Shown here: positions 51,891-64,000 of the stretch, in pieces
How the letters are laid out: the number at the start of each line of letters is the position of its first letter
How positions within the stretch are numbered: the first letter of the stretch is position 1
Assembly: GCA_043228905.1 (NCBI GenBank)
Contig: JBHGNT010000003.1
Span: 22,506,001-22,570,000, forward strand
Length of the DNA: 64,000 nt
Direction of reading: 5' to 3'
DNA from: Azolla caroliniana
Taxonomy: Eukaryota > Plantae > Polypodiophyta
Notes under the pieces: generated by a model
What the model saw: the letters and a program-made list of their open reading frames with translations, nothing else
What the model was told of the DNA's origin: nothing
Databases searched by the model: none
Made by a program: the position numbers and the translations under genes

Positions 51891-52889
51891 GAACCTTCTT
51901 CCCGTTTGGTGTTTTTAATTATTTATAATGGGAAGGCATGCTTCGAAGTAATCATGTATGTATGTGTATGTGTGTGTATCATGTATGATGTATGTATCTA
52001 TGAATGTATGTACCATGTATGTATGTATGTGTATGTGTGTGTATCATGTATGATGTATGTATCTATGAATGTATGTACCATGTATAAATGTATGTACGTA
52101 TGTATAAATGTACATGCGTACATATATACGTATGTATATGTATTTTTACAATTTCACACCCATCGTTTCTGTATTGTTGCGACTTTCGCCAGCATTCATT
52201 CACGACGTTTGTTGCTTTCCTGCCAATAACTTGGCTCCTTGGCCCACAACACGAAGCAAAGTTTGGATTAAATGCTTCGTAGTAGGAGGAGGAGCGCTAG
52301 GGGCCAAAGAAAGCTAAGGTCGAACATTTCTCCTTGTTCGTGGTTGCATTGGATGGAGGAGTGCAAACTCTCGTGGAGTCAACATCCATCACATCATTTT
52401 CTTACTCAAGAATGCTTCCCTATTCACAATGTACATCATCAACACGAATATGCCAATTATGGCTATCTTTGGTCAGACTATAGCCATCAAGTGTCATAAG
52501 CATAGTCGATCGATCAAGCACAATAGTTCGTGAAGACCCCAAAAGGCACAAGTGAAAACTCATGATGCCGACACCATGATTCCTACATGTAGTTTTACCC
52601 CAGGTCCATAGAATGACATATTGGAAGCCAACAAGTAGGACGTGAATGCTGCTTGAATGCATCATACGGAATGAGTTAGATCGGCACTATAGATGGGTGC
52701 TCTATTCCTTGTCTCGGGGAGAAATATGAAGTGACCTGCCATCATGGGACAATTCTAGGAAAATATGTAACATAAAACAGCGAGCATTCTTAAGCCACCC
52801 CCCCCCCCCCCAATTCATTGTACCAATTATTATTACTATATAAATTTCAAATTGAAAGGGCTTAAAAAAACAAAATTATATATATATTT

Positions 52890-52898
52890 TTAGGGTTT
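52890..52898 (-). promoter_or_regulatory. Telo-box (AAACCCTAA) upstream of RPL36, followed by a pyrimidine-rich TOP-like leader
   Basis: TTAGGGTTT lies ~120 bp upstream of the RPL36 ATG. Telo-boxes are typical of plant ribosomal protein promoters. Confidence 0.7.
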
Positions 52899-52977
52899 CT
52901 ACAGGCTCCCTTTCTTCTTCTTCTTCTTCTTCTTCCATTCGTCTCCAGATCTTTCTTCTTTGCAGAGATCGCTCGTT

Positions 52978-53015
<38 letters not shown>

Positions 53016-53017
<2 letters not shown>

Positions 53018-55498
53018 GGCGCCTCAAGCTCCGAAGAGTGGTATTGCAGCAGGACTCAACCGCGGCCATGTCGTCACTAAACGTGAGATCCCTGCCCGTC
53101 CTTCGTCAACCAAAGGGGTAAGTTAACCATCATCCAGTCTCATTTTGCTTCATCTCTGCGTAAATCTATTACAGTTTTCTATCTTAGAGTGTCTTGCGAT
53201 TTCTTCTTCTTCTCTTCCTCCTCCTCTCTCTCCCTGTATTTATTTGAATCGTCTATTCAGAAATTCTCGTTTCTCTTTGAAACTCTATTCAATGTGTATT
53301 GATTCTGTTTCGGAATTCCTGCACGACTTTGCTCATCAATGGCCTGGTTTGTTCTCTTTCCTTCTCATTTATTTTATTTTGTCCGTGATTAAAGTGTAGA
53401 TTTTTGCGATACGGGCTCTCAAATTCTGAAACTTCCTCATTAGAATAACTGTCTTTTTTTGAGGTGAGCCTCAATGCAACTCCTTTCTTTCTCATCCGTA
53501 AGCAATAGAGTTTCTCCTATGCTTGTTTTTCCCTCGAAGGATACCTGAAATTGGATATCTTGCTTGCCATTGATTCTCTACGATCTCTCTAGCTGTCCTA
53601 TTCTCTTGAGCCCCTTGAAGTTTTCTCGTTAATGTATTGTTTTCGTTTGTAAGATATCTCAAGCCATACTCTTTCTTTTAACTTTCATTCACCTACGTAG
53701 CTTGTCCAGAAATCAGTTCTCAATGCTTTCCTGATTTGCCATGTAAGGATAGGTCATGATATATTTATGTTTCAAAGATACGTCACCTTGTCTTTTATTT
53801 CTCTGGAAATATCCATTCCCAAACCGTCTTTTGTTCACTCTTAACGAAAATCTCTTATTCTAAAAATCACATGTACTGGCCTTTGTTAATTCGTCACCGT
53901 AAAGATGCCTCACATTGTGTTTTTTCCTTTGAAAGATATCTATTATACTAATTTTCTTGGAAGAATTCTATTGTTTTTATCAATTTATGTTTGCGTATTG
54001 CAGAAACTTGGGAAGAGGACCTCTTTTGTGAGGAAGCTAATCCGAGAAGTTGTTGGATTTGCTCCTTATGAGAAGCGTATCACTGAGCTCCTGAAGGTTG
54101 GGAAGGATAAGAGAGCTCTGAAAGTTGCAAAGAGAAGGTTAGGAACACATCTCCGTGCCAAGAAGAAACGAGAAGAGATGTCTTCTGCTCTTCGCAAGAT
54201 GAGGTAAAACACATTTAATATTTCTCTCCAGTATTTTATATTTCCTGATTTAATGAACATGAAATGGTTTATCTATTCTCTTCTGGATGAGATGAACGCA
54301 TCTATTACTTCTCTCAATTTTTTATTGTACAATTGTTGTTTTAATGCATCCCAAAACCCATGACTTTTTCTTTTTCTTGCTGAATTAGCTCAGCACATCT
54401 AATGCTCTCTCTACTATTGTATATTTCCTGATTTAATGCATGTTAGATTTCTTGTTTAATTCATCCTTTCTAGGTGAGGCAAGCACATCTAATACTCTAC
54501 ACTAATATTCTCTTCCAAGGTGATGTTAACACATCTAATACATAAAATATATTTCTTCATTTCTATGACTTTCTATCTAAGACGAGTTTACACATCCAGT
54601 TCTAAACTATTATTCTGCGTGTTGATGTTTTCTTCCTCGTAACCTGAGGTAAACTGGCTTTAGACATCTTTAACCAATGTACATTCGTTTTCTTGAGTAC
54701 AGGCTGAGTTTATTGCTTATGTACAACATGTACTTGGTACAAGACCATTTCTAACAGAGTTAGCTTTTCATGTAAAATGAGTTCACATACAATAAGAAAG
54801 ACCATCATGAAAAAAAAAGCGTAGTGTTAAATGTAGAAGGAATAAAATTCAGTAAGAGATAATATCACAAAGACACTAGAAATTGCACAAAGTCGGATAC
54901 TTTTATTTCATCTTGAGCAAAATATTTTTTTCTACTTTTAACATACTGATCCTTGTCTGCTTATATACTACATTATCACTGTGTCGGGCCTCTAAATGCT
55001 GATCTGGACAAGATAGACTTTTTTTAGTTGTTTTACAAGTCGTTAGATCATCTTCCACGTTTGAGCATTATATAAATTTGGTTGTGATTTCCAGAAGCTA
55101 GTATGTTGAGAGGAGGTTCAATTTTTTGTGATGCCTTCACAAGACTTGAGACTTTATAAACCCTTTAGATTTACAAAATACACAAGAATTATGTACCAAA
55201 TCAATACAAAGCTGTCTGTTCTCTGTTATATTTCCAATACTTCTCTTTGAGTTTTCATTCATGAATTGTATACATGCATCATCCAGGATATTTGCATATA
55301 TGCACTTATGTCTATTACTTGCAGGGTATAATGCAATGACTGTAAAGATTTACTATATATCATTTTTGAGTAAAGAACAAAATTACTAAGCATTGTATGT
55401 TTTGTTGCAAGTCTCGCCTGTTTTTAATACACACTATTTTAATTGATAATCAACTGAACGTTTGTAGGTCTGCTGGTGGTGCTGAGAAGAAGAAGTAA
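53016..55498 (+). CDS. RPL36: Cytosolic 60S ribosomal protein L36 (eL36), 3 exons, 110 aa
   Basis: Exons 53016-53117, 54004-54203 and 55468-55498 encode [102 protein letters not shown]. Confidence 0.97.
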
Positions 55499-56162
55499 AC
55501 TAGAGTTTTATTGAGTTTTGACACGATCTCATTGAAGTGGTTGAGAACAATGGCAATTTTGAACCCTTCGATTTTTCTTGTAATGGTTGATTTGTTAGCA
55601 TAATGAGAATCACTTTGCTTTATTGAATTTTTATGTTGTAGTGTCTGTAACTTCTACATGAGTATATGATATGGTACAGTTATTGTTCAGTATAATTTCC
55701 TTATTAGCTGAATCTCAATGCTTGTTCCAACTGGGATGCTATGTCTGCGGCATATGTTTCGTTTAGTCTTTCTCACACAGAAATTCATTGTTGTGGAAAG
55801 AACTATGATTGGGGATCAAGTTGATTATTGTTTCATTTTGTTGGTATCTTTAAGGATTATGTCTTGACAGGAATTCATTACAAGTGAGGTTTGAGTGAAG
55901 GAGGTGGATATAGCAGTCATCCATGGAAGTAAAGGAAAGTTGTTAAAAATCCATATTCACTAATAACTACAATGATATTTTGTGGTTGTAGATAGCATCT
56001 TTGTGTGAGTATGGTTCTCATTCTACTTGATGCCTATCTGAGGAAGGCATAGGTTTCAGCAATGGATTGTAATATAGCTTTACCTTAGAATTGGAGAGTA
56101 TAGGGGCCCTGTTTGTTTCAAAGACTAAAGTTTGTTCTTGTGGTTGCTCTATTTTTGCCCAT

Positions 56163-56955
56163 GTACGTAGTGAGGATGGATGACGTAAACTTTATGTATC
56201 TGTTTGAGTCTGCTTGCGGTGGTCGAGAACATTTTTGAGTGTTGGTGAACATTGCCAGATGTCACCCAACAAGTGAATTTGGCTCTTGTCTTGCATTAAC
56301 ACTTTCGTAACTCTCTTGATGTTACTTTTTTATGAGTACTAACTCTTGAGGTTTGTTTGACTGTTTCCAATTTGCATTGTGGAGTGCTTAGTATAATCCA
56401 TTTCTCTTGTTCTCTTTTGAGCTTGCAAATCCATGTGATCTTGTACTTTTGATGTTGCAATCTATTCTCGGTAAACATCCATCCAAGTAGAAGTGATAAT
56501 GTTGCTTTCATGATTCTAATGTGAGAAGCATCCAACATTACGTCTTGCATCATGCATGTGACTTCTACGTGAGGATGGCGTAAACTTTGGGCATTTCTTC
56601 AAGTTTGCATGCGGTGGTTGAGAACATTTTTGAGTGTTGGTGAACATTGCCAGATGTCACCCAAGAGGTGAATTTGGCTCTTGCCTTGTATTAACTCTCT
56701 TGTAACTTTGATATTACTTTTTGACTAGTACTAACTCTTGAGCTTTGTTTGATTGTTTTCCAATTTGCACTGCGGAGAGTGTTTAGTATAAACCATTTCT
56801 CTCGTTCTCTTTTGAACTTGCAAATCCAAGTGATCTTGTACTTTTGATGTTGCAATCTATTCTTGGTAAACATCCATCCAACTACAAGTGATAATGTTGC
56901 TTTCATGATACATCCAACTTTACATCTTGCATCATGCATGTGACTTCTATGTGAT
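56163..56955. repeat. Tandem duplication, ~395-bp unit x2
   Basis: GCGGTGGT(C/T)GAGAACATTTTTGAGTGTTGGTGAACATTGCCAGATGTCACCC occurs at 56216 and 56611. The paired short ORFs 56296-56553 and 56691-56939 are near-identical. Confidence 0.92.
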
Positions 56956-58759
56956 GATTTTCACAATTGGAGATTGTCTAAAGAGTTAGATGCTACTCAA
57001 ATTTACAATGGCCCCTCTCTTTAAAACCATCGTCAAGTTGGCATTAATTTAATGTATAGATGTTTGTGCATTAATTTCATATGTATTCTCTCTATCTCAA
57101 TAGTGAGAGCTTTCTCCCTTTAAATCTAATGCATAGTTAGAACATTACATGAATTTCACATTACTTTTAGCCTTTTGCTACATGCATCCATTTTGGATTT
57201 CACACAAAACCTCCATATCATGGTTAAAATGTATTTAAATCCCTAGACTTTGATGTTATTTTGTTGTGTTGGAATTTTTGTTGATAGGACCCAAAGATGT
57301 TTTGCACCTTGATGGTTTTTAGATTGATGAACATGTCTCCCCATAGATCAAGAGACAAGTTGGCTTACCTTGCTTTGTGAGCACCACACTTATGGTTTGT
57401 GATCTTAGATCTAGATTACCTTACAGTTTCTCAGACTTTTATGTTTAACAGTGTGTTTCACTGACTTGATCTTGGCCATTTTATGTTTTTGATCAAGAGT
57501 TTTCTTCATTCATTTCATCATGATTATCATCACTTGTGGGGTTGCCATATTGATTGTCTTGCTAGAACACATTCTAGAGCATCATTATTGTTGTCACCCT
57601 TCATCACACTATCACACTATCACTATCATTGAGATAATTCCTTGGCGATGTTCCCAAGGTTTCTCGAACCCTCTTTCATGTTTCTCTAACCTTCATAGAC
57701 ACAAGTAGTTTGTTCTTTCTTCTTGTTGACGGTGACCATCATAACTCGTGGGATTGCTATCTTGATTGTTGCTAGGTCAGATTCTAGAGCAACATTGTCG
57801 TTGCCACTCTTGTGGATGCATGTTATGCACAAGATTATCAAATTTAGCCTTTAGTCACTACTACCAATCACTTTTAGTGGAATAATTCCTAGACGCTTGT
57901 CTAGCTTTGTCGCCTAACATGTTAGAAGGGTGGGTTCACGTTACCCTCCCCCCCACCCCCCCAAAAAACCTCAAAGATAAAACAAACAAGGTTTCGGAAA
58001 GCAATGAAGAGGAGAGAATAACTAAATGTAAGTTTTTGTTTGATTAATGTGTTGCTTTGTGCTAGGGCTTATGGGATTACTTTTACAAACTTTGGGGGTC
58101 AACTGCCATGTACATAAGGCTTACTCACACATCACCTTTAGACCTTCCATGCACCAATGTATTATCTTCAACTTTTTTAAAGAAGAAACTTTCCCTCCAC
58201 GTGGAAGTGACCGGAAATAAATAGTCTTCTAAAAAAAGGACGTGAGGTCAAGGTAAAGGAGGTAGCTAATAAACAAGTGAAAACGTCTAATCGCCAAACT
58301 TCCAAAAAGTGAAGAAAATGTTTTTCTAGCTAGTAGACGTTCTACATAAAAATTTGCTACGTATTTAGTGTATAAATTTGGGTTTGGAAAATAAAATCAA
58401 AAGTGATTTTACCACCAAACAAACTTCACATCGTAAAATCCTTGACAAATTTGTCATTTCATATTTGTTTGTTAACATTGACATCGTAAAATCCTTGACA
58501 CGTTTGTTTGTTAACATTTCATGAAAATGATACCCATTTCATTGTTACATTTGTGTGGGGCATTGTCCACTACGTTTGAATACTATTATTAATAAGATAA
58601 AGTAGTAACTCTTACTAAATTATTATCAAACATCTAATAAAAACCAAGCACGTAAAAAATAAAAAAGGACACTATAAGAAGAAGAATATAACGGTAAGAT
58701 GGAATAATGCACTTGCCAAAATGTATCAAAGGTAAGAGAAAGCCTGTAATGAGTAAACA

Positions 58760-60318
58760 TAGGTTACCTATTGGTGTTGATTTAAAGTTTGAATTGGATA
58801 TCGGGAACCATTTTAGACAAGTTTATGTATTGGAAGTCTCAAGCTTGGCCATTTAGTACTAGTCTCAATGTGGTAAAAGCTACAATGATTCCAATGGTTT
58901 CTTGTTTTTTGCCATTATTACCTTGGTCAAACGAATCACGTGATCAATTAACTCGTTCACTTAAATATACACTGTGGAAGAAAGAGTCAAAATTTGGTAT
59001 GAGTTGGGTATCATAGAATAATATATGTACCTATTACTAAATTTGGATGATCATATGGTGGCTCAAAGATTCAATCTTTTAAAAGCTATGTGCATAGGTC
59101 ACTAGGTACCCAACCTTGGGTAGAAGTGATTCGTTATTTTGTGAAAAAGGTTGGTATATACCATGGGAAAATGAAAATCACAATCTTGTGGCATGTTGTT
59201 AATAGTACTCATTCATTTACATGTTCAAAATCTATCATGCTTTAGAAATTAGTGCTTTCTTGGCAACTATGTTTGCAACTTTTTAATTGGAGACCCCATG
59301 AGTGCAGAAAATATAGTAATTCTTTCGCAACAGAGGTGTTGGCAACTTCAAGGATATTACATTGGGATGGAAAAGAAAGTTTAAATTCACAGTTCAATCA
59401 CATGACAAGGTTGGGCTTGGTAATTGTAGAAGACGATATATTAGAGTCTTGTAAGAAAATGATGGCCTTTTGGACAATCAGAAATAAGTTTCATACACCA
59501 TGTGGATATGAGTATATTTGGCAATCAATATTGGCATTGCCTACTTTAGTTTTCCTGGTTCCAGAGTTGGTGGTTGAGGAACCATGTAAAGATTGGTCAT
59601 TTGGTATTGGAAAATCGATATTTGTAGTGCACACTAATGATATATACCATAAGTTAGTGAAAATAGAGCTTGGTTAGCAAAAAAGGTTTTGGATACATGG
59701 TACATAACTCGGCATGTAAGGTGGTGGCGTAGAGTTTTAGATGCAAGATGGTAGTCTCACCTTCCATTTTGGGCAACAACATTTCTTTGGCATACGATGG
59801 TCGGTGGGTTGCCTTTGGCAATGACTTTAAAACGAAGACATATTTCGAATGGGACATGTTTTTTTTGTTCGTTGGTTGATGAAAATGCCAGACATAGGTT
59901 CATCATACGTCCATTTGCTAAAGCCATTTGGGTGATTATATCACAAATTTGGTCACCTTTAAGTGAGTTGTTATTGATGATGGTAATGCTATATACCCCA
60001 CAACATCATATCAGGTTGCGTTTGATTACCTTAGGTATTGGGGGCGTGGTTTAATTGGACCATTAGAAATGGGTTCTTATTTGATGGGCTTATTGGGGTA
60101 ACACAACAACTTAGTAGGATGAAAGGTAAGTTCATTTGGCAATTTTTACAACTATGTTGTATGGGGATGTTGTCCCAAGATGAGGTAGAGTTATGTCATC
60201 TAGTATTACAACACCTCAGACAGTTTACCTTGCCATATCACTACTAATGAAGTAATGGAGATAACAAGGGTTGTATTATCATCTTGTTTTAATAACATAG
60301 ATTTACGAAAAAAAGAAG
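58760..60318 (+). mobile_element. 5'-truncated degenerate LINE, same family as 21009-21592
   Basis: Post-RT region 'KFMYWKSQAWP..LNVVKATMIPM' and zf-RVT 'VGGLPLAMTLKRRHISNGTCFFC..ENARHRFI..AKAIW'. Ends GATTTACGAAAAAAAGAAG, like the 21009 copy. Confidence 0.9.
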
Positions 60319-60444
60319 ATATATATATTAACATCTTCTAAGACCAAATTTGGCCAAAGATAATTCAAATTGACTACGATGGGATTCAAACCCACGACCT
60401 TTGGATCCGTAGTCCAATGTGCCAATCTACTGTGCTATACAATC
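60319..60444 (-). mobile_element. tRNA-Arg(ACG)-derived SINE-like element or tRNA pseudogene with tail
   Basis: 60444-60372 reads GATTGTATAGCACAGTAGATTGGCACATTGGA-CTACGGA-TCCAAAGGTCGTGGG-TTTGAAT-CCCATCGTAGTC. This is 73 nt with an intact anticodon arm (ACG), a T-loop TTC>TTT change and a weakened acceptor stem. It is followed by a ~50-nt body ending in (TA)n. Confidence 0.8.
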
Positions 60445-61324
60445 TTTCATATTTGAAAAAATTTGTGGAATAACAGATCAATAGATAGACTAAAAGGAAA
60501 ATTAATGTGATGCTCTATGCTTGGTGGGCACCTTGTCCCTGCATGAGTTGGCGTTATGCCATTCATTTAGTATTGCAACACCATAGAGGGTTTACCTTGC
60601 CATAAGAACCTTACTACGATTGGAGTAGTTGAGATTGCGAGGAATTTTTGTATCCTCACGTTTTATTTCAAAAATGCTTTTAGAGAGAGATAGAGATAGA
60701 GAGATTATGTGAATATTGAGAAAAAAGAAACACTTATGCATATCATGTGACTCTCATAAAAAGAGAGATCAACCACGGTAAGATGGTGAAAGATCACTAC
60801 ATGAAACTCTCTCTCTCTCTCTCTCTATGCAATATAACCTTTGAAACTCCACAATGATTATAAAAATATATATAGATACACATGTTGAGAGACCTCTTGG
60901 TTACTAAGAAGAAGATCATCTTGCAAAAAGCATTTGTGAGATGTTTTTCATTTATGTTCTCTCATTTTTTACAAAGAGCGGCTAAATAAAGTCTTCAATT
61001 AGGTGAAATGTATATAAAGGTTATCAATATGCCACTCTACTCTAGCATATTTCACGAAACACCTACCACAATCCCAAGATGCCTTAAATGGGTTGTTCTC
61101 ATTATATGATAAGGCTCACATTCATTCGGTTGTTGATGTGGCACCAATTCAAGCTCATTTATATTGTTGATGGATAAATGTTAACATGTATTCTTTATGA
61201 TAGTACAAAAACTTCCAAAAAATTTCCATCTCTCCCATGGTGTCTTGGTTTATTTTCTTTATGTTTACACAATGGCAGCTATTATGTCACAATTTCAACC
61301 AATAAGTGACACAAATACTTTGAT

Positions 61325-61760
61325 TTGGTTTCTCAAAACTTTCCCTATAGCCCAAACTTTATGAGGTGAGGCAATTTGCATGTAAGCAAGGTTTGCGTAG
61401 CATACCTTTTTTGCTATGGTTCACTTCATTTCAACATACATACACAAATGCACTTTGCCAAATTGAATACTGCCTAGCACTCCATGTGATAATTGATTAC
61501 TATCAAATGATCACGCACGAGCAACAATTGTGTTACGATTTCAACTAAGGCGTGGCATACGTAATTATATTTGCTTTCTCAAAACTTACTCATGGGCAAT
61601 AGTTCACAAGGTCTGAGGATTGGTACAAAATGTTCTAGGCAATTTACATGCAAGCCATGTTTGCCTAACATACTTTTGTACGGGGGTCTACTTCATACGA
61701 ACATATAACACAAATACACTTTTGTAGAGATGAACCCTACCTAACAATCCATGTGATCAC
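61325..61760. repeat. Diverged tandem duplication, ~250-270-bp unit x2
   Basis: GGCAATTT(G/A)CATG(T/C)AAGC..GTTTGC..A(G/A)CATAC at ~61370 and ~61638, with further collinear matches (CACAAAT(G/A)CACTTT, TCCATGTGAT). Confidence 0.7.
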
Positions 61761-63257
61761 TGATAATTGATTGCACAAGTTCGTAAATTTGGGTGGGCTC
61801 CATCACGTGAAATAACACTCCCTTACATTTGAGATTAAAAGGTAAGAGCCAAACGAGTCTTAAAAATTAGGTTCTTTTCTTTTCTCTTAGAGGATAAATA
61901 TCTTTTTATGTGGGTGTAATGTATATATACACACAATCTTTCATCTATGTATCTTTTGTACGAAAGGAAAAAGTAATTTTGCTGATGTATGTATATATAT
62001 CTCATTATTGATTGCATTTGGTTGATCCATATACATCGTGCCTACTGAATTTTCTCATGAATCTTTAAAGCTAAAATCCTTCGGTTTCACATATATAAAT
62101 CAGAAACAAAAAACGAACTAGATATGAGTACATACATGTAAGAGCAACTTGATGTTGATCAATAGTTGAAATTTGCATTCCATTTGATGATTTTATAATT
62201 TTCCATTACAATATTTTGGGATACAAATTACAATCTATCCTTCAATTTACTTTACAATCCATGAATTGAGAAATACTTAAAATATGCATCACAATATAGT
62301 GCTTCGCTTTGCATCACAATCGATTGAGCTGAGAAATGCTCAAATTATGCATCTCAATATAATGCTTCAAATTGTATTAGAAATTGATGATGTCTGTATA
62401 CACACGTGGATTGAAATTTACTCGCAATCCCTGAATATGTATATAATACAACTTAGAAAGTAAGACTATGAAATGAAGAACTGTGTGCATTTGCTTGTGT
62501 TAAAAAAGGATATCGTTTCCATAATTATTTGCCAACTTATACCAAGAATTGCATTTGTTTTTTCATCTAAGCTTTAACCAGGAATTTTTCCTAGTTGTCC
62601 ATCCGCTGCATGCCTGTAATTCACATAATATGCTGTAGATGTTCGGAACTGACCAAATTGAGTATAAGATAAATAAAGCAATCTTGAACTGTACATCAAT
62701 CCAAATCCAATTATCATAAGATCCCAATGTATGAATAATCACGACAATAATAATAAGAAAACCTCTCTTGAGAAAGGTCTGCATGTATATTACCTCGCTT
62801 GAGAGGTATATGCATATATTTAGCTCCATCCATTTCCTAGTTCATAGATTAATCTGATATTTTCTTTATGAAGAGACACCTCTCTTGAGAGAGGCTGTGC
62901 ATATATTTAGCTTCATCCATACAGAAGATAGTTTGCTTCACTAAGAGACACACCTCTCTTGGGAGGGGCATGCATACTTCGGTTGAACATAGAATCCAGG
63001 TTTTGTGGAAAAAATGGGATATTTTTTCTTCCTCATGAAAAGCAAGAATGCATTGCTTCACTATAGAGAAATCTCTCTCACTCAATATACGAGTAGGCAT
63101 GAACACAGCGTTTGGTTCATCGAATTCCTACCCTTTTTGGTTCTTTACTGCCACTACCTATACATTGGGCTTTTTGCAAGCTTCTTATCTCTTTTATTTA
63201 CAGACAACCCAATGTCATACAACACTTGGCATTTGTCAAGTGCTACCCTAAAAGACC

Positions 63258-64000
63258 TCACGACCTTCCTTGGAAGAGACCACTCAATACTCTCTCCAAG
63301 TCTTGGGCACTATATTTCTCATACTTGCTCTTACTACCATCTTGTTCAAGGAGAGCTCCATAGGTCTGAAGATATGTCCTATAAGAAGGAACAATACATT
63401 TCACAACCTTTATGCACATCTTCTCTCTAAGCTCAGCATCAGGAACAACCCATTTCATGTGTTTTTCATAGAGATCTTCGAATGCAATGTTAAAAGCTTT
63501 GAGCTTTGATTTGAGAAGCTCTCTAGTCGATGCTCTGCTTATGCCTGTGAAGGTAGTAGAGGTAGAAACATTGAGATTATGAACAATTTTTTCCCAGCCT
63601 TCTTTCATGTAAAGAGACATATGATCCTCGGCTTCTTGCTTTTTATCCTTAATCCACTTCTCTCCCACCATAGCCTTGAGCCCTGGTGAAATTTGAAAAT
63701 TCACCCACAAGTACCAATAGTTGTTGCAAAGGAAGAGATGGAAAAGAACGGGCTCTTCTTCCTTGAACGACGAAGCCCATTCTAGCATATTAAATACTAA
63801 TGCATTCACAATCTTGACCACAGCTCGAGAAAGAGGTCGATCACAGTTTTTTTTTGATATATTTGTTGCATTATTATCTTTCACCATGATTGCATTGCCA
63901 TCACTATTATTGTTATTATTAGTGTTACTATTATTATTATCCTTCCAACTCTCATAGATGATGAGGATTTGAGACATGATAGGTCCGTAGAAATCACCAA
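63258..64000 (-). CDS. Exocyst subunit Exo70 (G-clade-like), C-terminal part; the gene continues beyond the window
   Basis: 'LFLCNNYWYL..GEKWIK..YMKEGWEKI..KSKLKAFNIAFEDLYEKHMKWVVPDAELREKMC..IVPSYRTYLQTYGALLE..KYEKYSAQDLERVLSGLF' is the Exo70 C-terminal domain. 'QILIIYESWK' and 'RASTRELLKSKL' resemble Exo70G. Confidence 0.92.
   Translation of the reverse strand, partial: GDFYGPIMSQILIIYESWKDNNNSNTNNNNNSDGNAIMVKDNNATNISKKNCDRPLSRAVVKIVNALVFNMLEWASSFKEEEPVLFHLFLCNNYWYLWVNFQISPGLKAMVGEKWIKDKKQEAEDHMSLYMKEGWEKIVHNLNVSTSTTFTGISRASTRELLKSKLKAFNIAFEDLYEKHMKWVVPDAELREKMCIKVVKCIVPSYRTYLQTYGALLEQDGSKSKYEKYSAQDLERVLSGLFQGRS

Noticed and set aside
52150-52745. GC-balanced stretch with 'HHEFSLVPFGVFTN', faintly like a Gypsy RT motif
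   Set aside because: It is a single weak motif among stops with no supporting domains, so it cannot be assigned without a search.
56296-56939. Two paralogous small ORFs as a peptide gene pair
   Set aside because: They arise from the 395-bp duplication, differ by frameshifts at the 3' end and show no protein features.
60372-60444. Functional tRNA-Arg gene
   Set aside because: The T-loop lacks the invariant C (TTTGAAT), the D-loop GG is altered and the acceptor stem has several wobble or mismatched pairs.

Overview
Plant nuclear DNA: AT-rich, with GT-AG spliced genes and dense transposon remnants. A non-seed plant such as a fern is plausible but is inference only. Five host genes were reconstructed by reading splice sites: an 11-exon ABCG half-transporter (ABCG11/WBC-like, minus, 7902-12214), a 'Soloist' AP2/ERF factor (At4g13040-like, minus, ~29302-33004 with uncertain 5' exons), mitochondrial ribosomal protein uL22m (minus, 38488-46395), cytosolic RPL36 (plus, 53016-55498) and the 3' end of an Exo70G-like gene (minus, 63258 to the window edge). 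An unexplained low-complexity gene candidate lies at ~50137-51890. The mobile DNA includes a nested stack with boundaries readable from target-site duplications (TSDs): a LINE inside the 3' LTR of a GC-rich Gypsy, inside the integrase of another Gypsy, both Gypsies with 4-bp TSDs. There are also three hAT-type MITEs with 8-bp TSDs, further LINE copies, a tRNA-Arg(ACG)-derived SINE-like element, an orphan CACTA end and many 100-400 bp local tandem duplications. I cannot demonstrate a wholly new system. The best leads are a multi-helix structured element in the last uL22m intron, a stop-carrying 18-nt microexon and repeated donor sites upstream of the AP2 gene, the fungal-looking integrase, and the SINE whose tail recurs inside a MITE. 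All coordinates and translations were read by eye and no database searches were run.
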